From: Planctomycetia bacterium
Lineage (GTDB): Bacteria > Planctomycetota > UBA1135 > UBA2386
Reading direction: 5' to 3'
DNA: 59,256 nucleotides
NCBI GenBank assembly: GCA_005776475.1
Contig: SXPB01000094.1
Coordinates: forward strand, 1 to 59,256
Every line of letters starts with the position of its first letter. The stretch's first letter is position 1. Positions 1 to 9,783 of this stretch are shown here, piece by piece. Below the pieces are notes generated by a model. That model made no database searches and had not been told where the DNA came from. It was given only the letters and a program-made list of their open reading frames with translations. The translations under genes and the position numbers were made by a program.

Positions 1-816
1 ACCACGCTGCTGCGGCTGCTCGCGGGCATCGGCCAACCGGCCGGCGGTGCGATCAAGCGCGCGCACAACCTGCGCATCGGCTACTTCAGCCAGGAGAAGA
101 ACGACCTGCCGCACCAGGGCACGGTGCTCGAAGCGTTGCGCGAAATCGACCGCACCGTCGACGAGCGCACGCTGCGCGACCATCTGGCCCTGTTCCTGTT
201 CTGCGGCGACGACGTCGAGAAGCCGGTCAGCGAGCTGTCCGGCGGCGAGAAGCAGCGGCTGTCGTTGGCGCGCATGACCCGCGCGCAGTTCGACCTGTTG
301 TGCCTCGACGAACCGACCAACCACCTCGACGTCGCCGGCACCGAAGGTCTCGAGCAGGCGTTGAAGGAGTTCCCCGGCACCGTGGTGCTGATCACGCACG
401 ATCGCAAGCTGGTCGAAGAAGTCGCCGACCGCGTGCTGTGGGTCGAGAGCGGGGCCGTGCGCACGTTCGAGCAGGGCCTTCTGCACTGCCAACGTGTGCT
501 CGCCGAAGAGCGGGCGGCTGCGCGCGCCGCCGAAGTCGATGCGCGTGAGCGGGCGGCGAAGAAGGCCGAAGCCGCGGCGCCCGCGGGCGAGCCGAAGAAA
601 GCGATCGAGACCGGCAAGGTCCGCAATCCGCTGATGTTCCAGAAGCTCGAGGAGCGCATCTTCGCGCTCGAAGCCGAGATCGAGGCCCTGCGCGCGGCGA
701 TGCTAGATCCAGCGAACTACGCGTCGGCGAGCAAGATGAAGGAACTGCAGGCGAGCGAAGTGAAGAAGAAGCAGGAGCTAGCCGAGGCCTACCAGCAATG
801 GGAGAACTGGCAGTAG
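1..816 (+). CDS. ABC-F family ATP-binding protein (Uup-like), 5'-truncated by window edge
   Basis: Frame open from base 1 (TTLLRLLAG, the tail of Walker A). Motifs LSGGEK, LCLDEPTNHLD and ITHDR. C-terminal coiled coil ends in YQQWENWQ. Confidence 0.9.
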   Translation, partial: TTLLRLLAGIGQPAGGAIKRAHNLRIGYFSQEKNDLPHQGTVLEALREIDRTVDERTLRDHLALFLFCGDDVEKPVSELSGGEKQRLSLARMTRAQFDLLCLDEPTNHLDVAGTEGLEQALKEFPGTVVLITHDRKLVEEVADRVLWVESGAVRTFEQGLLHCQRVLAEERAAARAAEVDARERAAKKAEAAAPAGEPKKAIETGKVRNPLMFQKLEERIFALEAEIEALRAAMLDPANYASASKMKELQASEVKKKQELAEAYQQWENWQ

Positions 817-851
817 CGAGAGCGGTCGTTCATTGACGACCGCGAGTCCGC

Positions 852-1424
852 TCAGTTTGGCGCGTCCATCAAGAACAGGACGAGCACGCCGCCGACGTAC
901 TTCACGCGACCCGAGGCATCCCAGGCGCCAGCGACGCCGGTGTCGAGCTTGGCGTTGATCTCCTGCGCTTCCGCGATCGGCACGTTGCTCAGGCAGAGCA
1001 TCTGGCCGGCATTGACCATTTCGTTGGTGCCGTCACCATCGAGGTCGAAGCCCGGGCCGAGGTTGTTGACGTTCGTCATCTGCTGGTGCAGTTCGCAGTA
1101 ACCACCGAACGGATTGTCCGAGAGGTTGATCGGGTGGTCGATATACGGGCCTTTCCAACCGACCGTGCCCGGGTTCATGCTGAGCCGGTGGTTGGCGGCG
1201 CCGGTTTGGCCGGACAGTTCGATGGCCAAGGCGCTGGTGTCCGCGTAGTGCCGTTGCACCGAGTTGCGCATTTGGTCGTAGAGCTGCGTGATGCGAGCGA
1301 TCTTCGCGTCGCGGCTCACCGTGCCGAACATGGGAACGACGACGCCGGCGAGCAATGCCAGGACGGCGACGACGATGACGACTTCGACGAGCGTGAAGCC
1401 GTGCTGACGGGTGCGTGAGTTCAT
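852..1424 (-). CDS. Type IV pilin / GspG-like pseudopilin
   Basis: Prepilin motif G|FTLVEVVIVVAVLALLAGVVVP; WKGPYI..DNPFG; GAGAGG RBS upstream. Confidence 0.9.
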   Translation of the reverse strand: MNSRTRQHGFTLVEVVIVVAVLALLAGVVVPMFGTVSRDAKIARITQLYDQMRNSVQRHYADTSALAIELSGQTGAANHRLSMNPGTVGWKGPYIDHPINLSDNPFGGYCELHQQMTNVNNLGPGFDLDGDGTNEMVNAGQMLCLSNVPIAEAQEINAKLDTGVAGAWDASGRVKYVGGVLVLFLMDAPN

Positions 1425-1469
1425 GGTTTCCTCTCCGTGTGATCCATCGGGCGATTGGGTTGGTTTCCC

Positions 1470-3797
1470 TTAGCCTTGATTGCTGGTTTCGACGGCTGGC
1501 GCGGCGGGAGGCGCGGGCGTCGATGGCATCGAAAGTTCTTGCAGCCACGGGCGGATCCCGGCGAGGCGCGGATCAGCGAGGTCGCCGCCGCGCAGCAGGA
1601 AATCGCGGGCAGCCGCCATGGCACCGGCCTTGTCGTCGGCACGAAGATGTGCCACCGCCAGATTGACGTGGGCTTCGTGCAAGGCGGGGTCGAGCGCGAT
1701 CGCCTGCCGGCATTCGGTCGCAGCTTCGGCGTGCTTGCCTTGCTGCAGCAAGGCAACTGCGAGGTTGTTGTGCAGGATCGCGTGCGGACCGGTGGCCAAT
1801 GCAGCGCGGAAGTGGCCTTCCGCGGCGACCGGACTGCCGGCGCGCAGTTCGAGCATGCCGAGGTTGCAGCGCGTCACCGGCTCGGTCGGCATCAGTTCGG
1901 CCGCGCGTTGCAGCGCGCGACGCGCCGACTGGAAGCGGCGATCGGTCAGATCGACCACGCCGCGCAGCAGCCACGCCATCGGTTGCGAACCGTCGAGGGC
2001 GAGCGATTCGTCGATCTCTTCGCGCCCTTGCGTGGTGTGGCCCGCGTCGAGGCTGCGGAACGCGCGCGCCAGTGACAGCTTCGCCAGAGCAGCACGCGTC
2101 AGCACGCCCTTGCCCGTTTCGGTTGCGATCTTGGCCGGAGCGGGCCGCGGGTCGCCATCGACCCGGCGCGGTTGGTCGGGCAGCGCGTTCTCACGCCACA
2201 GCGAAGCGCCTTCCTCCATCGCAATCGACGACAGTTGGAACGGACGACGCAGGCGCACCAGGCGATCGGTGCCGCGATCGAGGTCTTCGTCGGCCCACGC
2301 ACCCGACAGGATGCGCGGTTGCAGGACGATCAGCAGTTCGGTCTCGACGCTGTCGTGCACGGTCGTGCTGAACAGTGCGCCGAGCCACGGGATGTCGCCG
2401 AGCAGCGGCACCTGCGTCAGGGTCTCGGTCTTGCGCGTCGAGCGCAGGCCGCCGATCACCGCCGTCTGGCCATCCTGGATCTGCAGCGTGGTTGTGATCG
2501 AGCGTGTGTTGAGGATCGGCTCGGTGACCAGGTTGTCGGGCGTGCTGACGAAGCCACCGACCTCGACGATGGAAGGCACGACGTCGCAGCTGATGGTGCC
2601 GTCTTCGCCGATCTGCGGCGTCACGCGAACCGACACGCCGGCGTCGGCGAAGCGCACGCTGAACTGGGTGCGCGAGACACCGTTGGTGTCGATGATCTCA
2701 CGTTCGATGATCGGCACCTGCTCGACGACGCGAATCGTTGCGGCGACGTTGTTGAGCGTGGAGACGCGCGGGCTGCTCAGCACGCGGACCTGGTTCTTCG
2801 ACTGCAACATGTCGAGGAACAGCGAGAACTGGCCGGGCTTCATGAAGCCGACCTGCAGCGCATCGACGCCGCTGGCGAGACCCTGGCCGAGCGTGTAGCC
2901 GTTCGCCAGTGTGCCGGTCTTGCCCGAGTTGAAGAACCCGGGGAACGCCGAGAAGTCGATGCCCATGCGGAAGCCGTCGCTGAGCTGCACTTCGAGAATG
3001 CGGGCTTCGATCGACACTTGCCGCGAGGCGCGGCGGCGCACCGTGTCGACGTAGTCGGAGACGCGATCGACGAGGCTCGGCGATCCCTCGGTGACCACGA
3101 TGCCGAGCAGCGGGTTCACGACCACGCGCGCGTCGGTTTCGTCCTGCGACAGCGTGCGCAGATCTTGCTGCAGGCGCGTCCAGAAGCTGTCGGACGAGGA
3201 GTTGCCCGACGACGAAGCGTCGCTGGCAGAGCCGCTCGCGCCACCACCGCCGCCGCTGTCGCTCACGCCGCCGGAACTGGCTCCGTCCGAACCGGTGCCG
3301 CCGCCGACGTCACCCGAGGTGCCACCGCCCTCGCCACTGCCGCCCGACGCGGTGCGGTTCGGCATGTCGACGGTGAAGGTGCGCCGTTCCATTGGCGTGA
3401 TGCGCAAGAACGTGCCGTCCCAGCGGTAGGCCAGATCGAACGCCGACATGAACACCTGGAAGGCTTCGGCGACGGTTGCGTTCTTCACGTCGAACGTCGC
3501 GGTGCCGGAAGTGTCCGCTTCAACCAGCAGGTTGATGTCGCTGTCCTTGAACAGCGCAAACAGCAGATCGGTCATCGGCGTCTCGCGCGCCGACAGCGAT
3601 TGGATGCGCGGTTCATCGGTGCCGATCGCGACATCGGTGGCCGGCAGCATGGTGATGCCAAGGCCGGGGAACTCTTCGAGCGGCGACGAGGTGGGCGCCG
3701 TTGGTGGCGTGGTGGTCGGCGCGGCAGCGAAGTGGCAGCCGGCGCACACCATCGCCAGGACCGAGGAACGGACGAGGAATCGGTTCATGTGTTTCAT
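1470..3797 (-). CDS. Secretin (MshL/GspD/PilQ family) lipoprotein with C-terminal TPR domain
   Basis: Lipobox CAGC; Ser/Gly-rich loop; secretin motifs QVSIEARILEV, VLSSPRVSTLNN, VPLLGDIPWLGALF and TELLIVLQPRI; TPR repeats (HNNLAVALL, AHVNLA). Confidence 0.9.
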   Translation of the reverse strand: MKHMNRFLVRSSVLAMVCAGCHFAAAPTTTPPTAPTSSPLEEFPGLGITMLPATDVAIGTDEPRIQSLSARETPMTDLLFALFKDSDINLLVEADTSGTATFDVKNATVAEAFQVFMSAFDLAYRWDGTFLRITPMERRTFTVDMPNRTASGGSGEGGGTSGDVGGGTGSDGASSGGVSDSGGGGGASGSASDASSSGNSSSDSFWTRLQQDLRTLSQDETDARVVVNPLLGIVVTEGSPSLVDRVSDYVDTVRRRASRQVSIEARILEVQLSDGFRMGIDFSAFPGFFNSGKTGTLANGYTLGQGLASGVDALQVGFMKPGQFSLFLDMLQSKNQVRVLSSPRVSTLNNVAATIRVVEQVPIIEREIIDTNGVSRTQFSVRFADAGVSVRVTPQIGEDGTISCDVVPSIVEVGGFVSTPDNLVTEPILNTRSITTTLQIQDGQTAVIGGLRSTRKTETLTQVPLLGDIPWLGALFSTTVHDSVETELLIVLQPRILSGAWADEDLDRGTDRLVRLRRPFQLSSIAMEEGASLWRENALPDQPRRVDGDPRPAPAKIATETGKGVLTRAALAKLSLARAFRSLDAGHTTQGREEIDESLALDGSQPMAWLLRGVVDLTDRRFQSARRALQRAAELMPTEPVTRCNLGMLELRAGSPVAAEGHFRAALATGPHAILHNNLAVALLQQGKHAEAATECRQAIALDPALHEAHVNLAVAHLRADDKAGAMAAARDFLLRGGDLADPRLAGIRPWLQELSMPSTPAPPAAPAVETSNQG

Positions 3798-4519
3798 CTC
3801 CTGGTCGCGCCAGTGGCGGCCGGGGGCGTGGCCCCATTGCGGGCCTCGGTCTGGTTCAGCAGGGTCTGCAGGTTGTCGACGAGGCTCGGTGACGTGCCGC
3901 CGGTCGCCGGGGCGTCCGCCGGGTCGGCATCGGTCACGTCGGACTTCTTCGCCGGTCGAGTGACCTTGCGCGCGCCCGACGTCTGCAGCGGGAGTTCGAT
4001 GCGTTCGCCGGCTTCGTTGCGCACGACGACGCGATCCACGGTCATCGCCTCGACGATGCCGAAGGCGATGCGATCGCCGACGCCGACGAGACGACCATCC
4101 ACGAGCGCTACGGCGCCGCGGTTGGTCTGCATCAGCATCGAGACGACCGGCAGGCTCGTTTCGGTGATCGCCACGGGTGCGGTGTCGGTCTTGGTCTTTG
4201 CGCCTTCGGCCGGAGGATGCAGGAACGGGTCGGGCAGCCGCTCCGTCGGCAGCTTGGAACCGGCAATGCGACCGGAACGATCGACTTCCCCGCTCGCGGT
4301 CTTCGTTTCGCCGATCGGCACCGCACCTGGCGGCAAGCCGCCCGGCACCGGCCCATACATCGTCGGATCGTGCGTCGCGCCGTTCGCGGACGTCAGGCTC
4401 GCATCGCTGCTGCCGAACAGGCCGGTGATGAAGTCACGGTTGACCCACGCCGACACCACGACCACGGCGACCATCAACGCGACCTTGCCGTTGGTGCCGT
4501 TGCTCTTCTTCTTCGCCAT
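3794..4519 (-). CDS. MshK/PilP/GspB-like assembly protein
   Basis: Single N-terminal TM; PDPF and ALVDGRLVGVGDRI..VEAMTVDRVVV motifs; lies between PilO and the secretin with a 4-bp overlap. Confidence 0.6.
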   Translation of the reverse strand: MAKKKSNGTNGKVALMVAVVVVSAWVNRDFITGLFGSSDASLTSANGATHDPTMYGPVPGGLPPGAVPIGETKTASGEVDRSGRIAGSKLPTERLPDPFLHPPAEGAKTKTDTAPVAITETSLPVVSMLMQTNRGAVALVDGRLVGVGDRIAFGIVEAMTVDRVVVRNEAGERIELPLQTSGARKVTRPAKKSDVTDADPADAPATGGTSPSLVDNLQTLLNQTEARNGATPPAATGATRR

Positions 4520-4520
4520 G

Positions 4521-5180
4521 TCAGCGTCCTCCCGGAGCCGCGGGCATCGCGGCGGCGCCCGTGGTGCCGCCAGGTGACGTTCCAGCGAAGTGGTAGCCGC
4601 GTACCGTCAGAGTCGCTTCGACGATCCGCGCGCGCGGTTGCACGTGCAGATCGACAAGTCGGGTGAGTCGGGGGTTGGTTTCGACGGCGTGCAAGAATCG
4701 CACCATCGCGTCGAACGAACCTTCGACGCAGACCACGAGGTCGAGGCGATCCAGGGTCACGACGTTCAGGCTCGGGTCGTTGGGTTGGCTGCTCACGCCC
4801 GGTGCCGTGGCAGGCATCGGCGGGAGTGCTGGCGTCGTCGCCGCCGCCGCCGGTGCGGGCGTCGCACTGCCTTGGTCGACGGCAACATCGACGGTCACGA
4901 TGCGCACCCCGTTTGCCGCGGCGCGTTCCGCCAGTTCACTGGCGAGATCGCCCATGCCGCGCCGCGTCGGCAACTGGTCTTCGTGCATCGAAGCGGGAGT
5001 CGTGGTTGCCCCGGCGAGGCCGCGGGCTTCGTCCTGCAGCGTCGCGATCTCGATGTCGATCCGGTAGCGCTCTTCCTGGCGTGGCACTGCCAGCCACCAG
5101 GTCGATCCGAAAGTGAACGCGGTGCCGCCGGCGACCGGCAGGATCGTCCACGGCAGCCAGCGTTTGAGGAATGCGTTCAC
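4521..5180 (-). CDS. PilO/GspM-like inner-membrane protein
   Basis: GTG start overlaps the upstream stop. TM, coiled coil, then GSFDAMVRFLHAVETNPRL (PilO-like). Confidence 0.75.
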   Translation of the reverse strand: MNAFLKRWLPWTILPVAGGTAFTFGSTWWLAVPRQEERYRIDIEIATLQDEARGLAGATTTPASMHEDQLPTRRGMGDLASELAERAAANGVRIVTVDVAVDQGSATPAPAAAATTPALPPMPATAPGVSSQPNDPSLNVVTLDRLDLVVCVEGSFDAMVRFLHAVETNPRLTRLVDLHVQPRARIVEATLTVRGYHFAGTSPGGTTGAAAMPAAPGGR

Positions 5181-6571
5181 TTCGACTCCTTCGGGCTGAC
5201 CCACGACTGGAACTTGGACAGGCCCTGTTCGTCGGGCGGTTCGACGTTGCCACCACTGGTGCGCACGCCGGGCAACGAACGCAGGCGGCCATCCAATGCC
5301 GCGAACATCTCGACCGTCGAGCGTCGCGCGTCGGGTGCGAACACACCTTCGATCGAGAGCCGCTGGTCCTTGTCGATGTCGATGGAAGTGAGCTTCGCCG
5401 ATGGCGGCAACGCTTGGGCGAGGCTGGCCAGCATCAAGCTGGACGAGAGATCGCTCTCGTGCTGCGCGAGCGCGCGCTTGCGCTGCATCACGATTTCGGG
5501 CACGGCCTTCTCGGCGCGCAAGCGATCGACGGCGACGCGCGCTTCGCTGAGTTCCCGTTCCTTGTCGGCGATCTCCGAACGCAGGATCGCGACGCCCGGC
5601 TGCAGCGCCTGGTGGCCGAGCCAGAGGCCCGCGGCGAGGCATGCAGCGGCAAGCGTCTGCGACACTACGATCACCGTCTTCTCGACCTTGGTCAGGTAGC
5701 GCGGCTCGACGACGCTCGGCAGCGACCGCGGATCGGCGACCGACGCCAGCGCCGGCACCGTCCACGTCAGCGGCATGTCGACGCCTTGCAGGCGATCGAG
5801 TTGCGCCCGCTCGGGGAATGCGACCGCGGTCGACAACATGGTCGTCATCGAGGTGATCACCATCGCCGGGCCGCCTTCGAGGTTGCCGGCGACGAAGACT
5901 CGGTTCGGCGCGGTGCGGCCCTGCTGCTTGAAGAACTGCAGCGAACGCTGCATCTCGGTGGTCAGCAGCAGAGTGAGGTCGTTGTCTTCCCACGGGCGAA
6001 TGCCGACGCCGCCGGGCAGGCGCAGGCGGCGTTGCGCCACGGGCAGCCCGTTGCTGACCAGCAAGAACGAACCGCGGCCTTCGCGCAGATCGAGCACGCC
6101 GTTGGTTTCGCCAGCGGTCGTAGCGAGGTTGGCGAACACCGCTTCGCTGGCGGTGATGCGACGGCGCGTGAAGCCGGCGGCGACGATGCCGCGGTCGAGT
6201 TCTTCGACCATCGACTTCGGCGCCACGCAGTAACCGACCACGTCACCGCGCGGCACGAAACCGACCATGCATTCGTCGGGTTGGCCCATCAGGCCGTTCT
6301 TGCGCGCGTCGTCGAAGATCGCCGCGGCGATGTCCTTGCCGGTGGCGACGGTCGTGCCGCAGACGAAGCGCCGGTCGTTGACCGCGAGCACCAGCTCGAC
6401 CTTGCCCTGCATTGCGTCGCCGCACACGTCCGCCAGCGACTTGCCGATGCTCTCGGGCGTGGCAGTGCACGTCACGCGCTTGCACGTTGCCGTGGCGCGC
6501 TTGCCGCGGCCGCGCAGCAGCAGCACCGACAATTGGGTGTCGTCCCACTCGGCATGGATCCAGGTCTTCAT
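5177..6571 (-). CDS. PilM-PilN fusion (GspL/MshI-like)
   Basis: PilM-like region (EMQRSLQFF..RVFVAG), then TM, coiled coil and a PilN-like domain (LAQALPPSAKLTSIDI..LSIEG). Confidence 0.75.
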   Translation of the reverse strand: MKTWIHAEWDDTQLSVLLLRGRGKRATATCKRVTCTATPESIGKSLADVCGDAMQGKVELVLAVNDRRFVCGTTVATGKDIAAAIFDDARKNGLMGQPDECMVGFVPRGDVVGYCVAPKSMVEELDRGIVAAGFTRRRITASEAVFANLATTAGETNGVLDLREGRGSFLLVSNGLPVAQRRLRLPGGVGIRPWEDNDLTLLLTTEMQRSLQFFKQQGRTAPNRVFVAGNLEGGPAMVITSMTTMLSTAVAFPERAQLDRLQGVDMPLTWTVPALASVADPRSLPSVVEPRYLTKVEKTVIVVSQTLAAACLAAGLWLGHQALQPGVAILRSEIADKERELSEARVAVDRLRAEKAVPEIVMQRKRALAQHESDLSSSLMLASLAQALPPSAKLTSIDIDKDQRLSIEGVFAPDARRSTVEMFAALDGRLRSLPGVRTSGGNVEPPDEQGLSKFQSWVSPKESK

Positions 6572-6572
6572 G

Positions 6573-7235
6573 TCAGTTCGTGAGGTTGTCGGCCGTCGTT
6601 GCGAAGTTGCGGTCGGGTCCAGCGCTGCGCACGACGCGGTCGGTCGTCAGCAGCTGGAACGTGGTGCCAAAGCCGTCGGTCGCGTACTCGGCACCAAGCC
6701 CAAGTGCGGTGCGGTCGGTGGTCCAGTTGCCGGTGATGCTGCGGCCAGCCGCTAGGTGCTGGGCCAGGGCGCCGCCGATCACGTTGAGGCGAGATCGCGT
6801 CTTGGGCAGTCCGGCGAGCGCGCCGTGCACCGTGATGCGCAGCGTTTCGTTGATGGAGCCGCTGTCGAAGCCGTCGGGCCCGACGCTCCACACGGTCGCC
6901 GTGTCCGGGTTGCTGGTCGTCGCGTAGCGGTAGTAGGTGTTGGCCGCGGCCCAACCGTCTTCGAGCAGGTCGTCGCCAACACCGGGCGCGACGTTGACGC
7001 CGTAGAAGCCAACGGCGTTCAGTGCTGCGGGAAAGCGCGCGTTCTCGGCGTAGTGGCTCTGCAAGCCGATGCCGATCGCTTCGAGGTCGGTGCGCACCGC
7101 GGCCGTCTTGTCGGCAGCGAGCTGCGCGCCGGCCATCGTCGCCAACGTGCCGGCGAGCATGCCGACGATCGCGATGACGATGACGAGTTCGAGGAACGTG
7201 AACCCGGACGATGGGGATTCTGCGCGGGGCATCAT
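6573..7235 (-). CDS. Prepilin / pseudopilin with two GspG-like modules
   Basis: G|FTFLELVIVIAIVGMLAG; DGW..VWSVGPDG and DGFG..RSAGPDR. Start moved from the ORF track to MMPRAE. Confidence 0.85.
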   Translation of the reverse strand: MMPRAESPSSGFTFLELVIVIAIVGMLAGTLATMAGAQLAADKTAAVRTDLEAIGIGLQSHYAENARFPAALNAVGFYGVNVAPGVGDDLLEDGWAAANTYYRYATTSNPDTATVWSVGPDGFDSGSINETLRITVHGALAGLPKTRSRLNVIGGALAQHLAAGRSITGNWTTDRTALGLGAEYATDGFGTTFQLLTTDRVVRSAGPDRNFATTADNLTN

Positions 7236-7927
7236 GGGATCCTGATGTCGTCGGTGGTGTTGAACCGGCGGTCCGGGCCCGCGCTCCACACGAAGAAGCC
7301 GAAGTAGTGGCCTTGCAGCGTCGTTCCCCATGCATCCGTCAGCGGCACCGTGGTCGGGAGGCGTGTGCGGCTGTAGGAGAGTGCGCGATAGCGGCGGTAG
7401 TAGCTGTGGTTCAGCGTGCTGCGGACGTAGGCGGCGTTGATCCGATAGCACTCGTTGACGATCAGCGTCATCAGGTCCCGCGTGGTCTGCACGGGGTTGG
7501 CCACCACCAGGGGATTCACTTCCGAGGGCAGTACGTCGATCCGGTAGCTCTGCTGGTCGGGCGGGCCAGAGATCGGCACGGGTCCCACGCTCCAGACGTG
7601 CGCGACATCGCTGGCCACCTGGTACTGCAAGGCAGCTCCCGTGGGACTCCAATCGTCGCGAATGCCGTCGTTCTCGATGCCCGCGGCGAAGTACGGACCG
7701 AGGAACGTCGCATCGCTGAGACTCGCCGGAAACGCGCCGCGATCACGCCGGTAGCGGGTCATTCCCTGCTCAATGCGCGCGAGCTTGTCGAGCACACGTT
7801 CGGTCTGGTCGGTGCGTCGTTGCGACGAGCCGAGCGGCAGCACGGTGCCGGCGACGATCGCCAGGATCGCAATCGCGACGACCACTTCGAGCAGCGTGAA
7901 GCCGGACTGGCGAGGTGGGCGCGGCAT
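7232..7927 (-). CDS. Prepilin / pseudopilin with two GspG-like modules
   Basis: G|FTLLEVVVAIAILAIVAG; DDW..VWSVGP and DAWG..WSAGPDRRFNTTDDI. Confidence 0.85.
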   Translation of the reverse strand: MPRPPRQSGFTLLEVVVAIAILAIVAGTVLPLGSSQRRTDQTERVLDKLARIEQGMTRYRRDRGAFPASLSDATFLGPYFAAGIENDGIRDDWSPTGAALQYQVASDVAHVWSVGPVPISGPPDQQSYRIDVLPSEVNPLVVANPVQTTRDLMTLIVNECYRINAAYVRSTLNHSYYRRYRALSYSRTRLPTTVPLTDAWGTTLQGHYFGFFVWSAGPDRRFNTTDDIRIP

Positions 7928-7929
7928 GG

Positions 7930-9078
7930 TCAGCCCTTCCCCAACGTCAGCATCGACGAGTAGAGCGTCTTCAACACGATCACGGCGATGCCGCCGACGA
8001 TCACCGCCATGAACAGGCTGAGGATCGGCGTCATCAAGGCCAGGGCCTTGGCGACCGACTCGCCGGCCTTCTCGCGATAGAACGCCGCGAGGCGCGCGAG
8101 CGTCGCCGGCATCTGGCCGGACTCTTCGCCGACGTGGATGAGATTGAGGGCGCGCGGCGGCAGCGCTTCGGTGTCCTGTGCCGCCTGCAGCAGCGACTTG
8201 CCGCCGGTGATTTCGTCCTCGACCAACTGCAACTTGTCGCGCAGGGCAGGATCGGCGACGACGTCGCGGCTCAGTTGCATCGCGCGCAGCAGCGGAATGC
8301 CGGCGTTGGACAGCACGGCGAGGTTGCGCGTCAGCCGCGCCAGGTCGAAGCACGAGACGACGCCGCTGACGATCGGCATGCGGCAGAACACGCGCAAGAA
8401 CAGATGGCTACCAGTGTGGGTCTTGCCGATCGCCCACAGCAGCAGCCACAGGCCTGGCCACGCGAGCACGAACAAGACGAGGTTGCCGGCGATGACTTCG
8501 CTGATCGCCATTGCCTGCTTTGCGCTCGGCGGCAGGTTGGCGCCGAGCTTGCCGAACAGCGAGCCGAACTGCTGCATCACGAAGCCAAAGATCAGGACGA
8601 CGACGTAGTAGACCGCCGTGATCACGATCGCCGGGTACATCGCCGCCTTGCGCAGCGTCTTGCGAGTCTGCTCGCGCCACGTGATGAAGTCGGCGAGGTC
8701 GTGCAGCACCGGCACCAGCTGGCCGGATTGCTCACCGGCGCGGATCAGGTTGACCAGCAGCTGCGGGAAGGTGCGCGGGTGTTTGGCAACCGCCTCGGCG
8801 AGCGGCGCGCCGGCGGCGAGGTCGGTTCCGATCGCTTCGCAGACTTTGCCGACCACGGGCAGCTCGGCCTGTTCGACTTCGACCGAGAGCGCGCGCATCA
8901 GCGGCACGCCGGCGTCGAGTCCGGTGGCGAGGTTGCGCAGCAGTTCGCCCATCGCGGCGGGCGGCACTTGCAACTTGCTGCCGAACGACGTGTCTCTGGT
9001 GCGGCTGCGCCGTTCGACGTTGCCTTCGTCTTTGACGTTGGCCGCCGCTTCGGGCGGGCGTGCGAGCATCGGGCTCAT
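7930..9078 (-). CDS. gspF: GspF/PilC inner-membrane platform protein
   Basis: LDAGVPLMRAL, IRAGEQSGQL, AAMYP and VGEESGQM; two T2SSF repeats with three TMs. Confidence 0.9.
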   Translation of the reverse strand: MSPMLARPPEAAANVKDEGNVERRSRTRDTSFGSKLQVPPAAMGELLRNLATGLDAGVPLMRALSVEVEQAELPVVGKVCEAIGTDLAAGAPLAEAVAKHPRTFPQLLVNLIRAGEQSGQLVPVLHDLADFITWREQTRKTLRKAAMYPAIVITAVYYVVVLIFGFVMQQFGSLFGKLGANLPPSAKQAMAISEVIAGNLVLFVLAWPGLWLLLWAIGKTHTGSHLFLRVFCRMPIVSGVVSCFDLARLTRNLAVLSNAGIPLLRAMQLSRDVVADPALRDKLQLVEDEITGGKSLLQAAQDTEALPPRALNLIHVGEESGQMPATLARLAAFYREKAGESVAKALALMTPILSLFMAVIVGGIAVIVLKTLYSSMLTLGKG

Positions 9079-9695
9079 GGATGCCTCATGCGCACGAGCC
9101 AGCCGATGTCGTCGCCGACCGGCCGGGCGTTGTAGTCGTAGGTGGTCGTCTGCACGCAGCCGTCGGGACCGGCGCTGAGCACCCAGACGCCGCGGTCGGC
9201 GACCACATCGGTGGACCAACCTGATCGCACCGTGACCAGGTAGGGTCGGCCCCACGGATCGAGCGGCGACTGCTTCAGGTACGGCCCGATCCACGGCGAG
9301 GCTGTTCCGGTTGTGTCCCAAGCTTCGGCGGCAACGCCTTGCGGCGTGTTGCTCTGCAGCTGGTTGCGTAGCGTGTCGATCGTGCCCGCGGCGAACTCGG
9401 CATCGAAGGCGCTGGTGTTGCGCCAAGGATTGACCGTGGGCAGGACGTCGCCCGACACCAGTTTCGTCACCGCGATTGCACCGGCGCGATTGCACGCCGG
9501 CCACTGACCGACGCTGGCTCGGAAGTGCTCCACGGCGCGTCCGATCGATTCGACTTCGCGGGTGGCGCGGTCGAGGCGAGCCAATTCGAGGGCGCTGCCG
9601 GCGAACGGAGCGATGGTGCCGGTGAGCAGCGCGATCGCCGCAATGGCGATGACGATCTCGATCGTGGTGAAGCCTGTTTGTCGCCTGGTCGACAT
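9075..9695 (-). CDS. GspG-like prepilin / pseudopilin
   Basis: G|FTTIEIVIAIAAIALLTG; WIGPYL..DPWGRPY; LSAGPDG..GDDI. Confidence 0.88.
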   Translation of the reverse strand: MSTRRQTGFTTIEIVIAIAAIALLTGTIAPFAGSALELARLDRATREVESIGRAVEHFRASVGQWPACNRAGAIAVTKLVSGDVLPTVNPWRNTSAFDAEFAAGTIDTLRNQLQSNTPQGVAAEAWDTTGTASPWIGPYLKQSPLDPWGRPYLVTVRSGWSTDVVADRGVWVLSAGPDGCVQTTTYDYNARPVGDDIGWLVRMRHP

Positions 9696-9783
9696 GATCC
9701 CCGCGGCCCCATCGGCGGGACGCGGCCCGAGTCTTGAACAGGGACCTTCAAGAAACGCTAGTCGGACGTTCGATCAGGTCCGC

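Noticed and set aside
2172-4577. Long antisense and alternate-frame ORFs (also 9748-11517, 27899-30250, 34444-36885, 45196-47496)
   Set aside because: They are Arg/Ala-rich shadows of well-supported genes, expected at this GC content, and carry no motifs.
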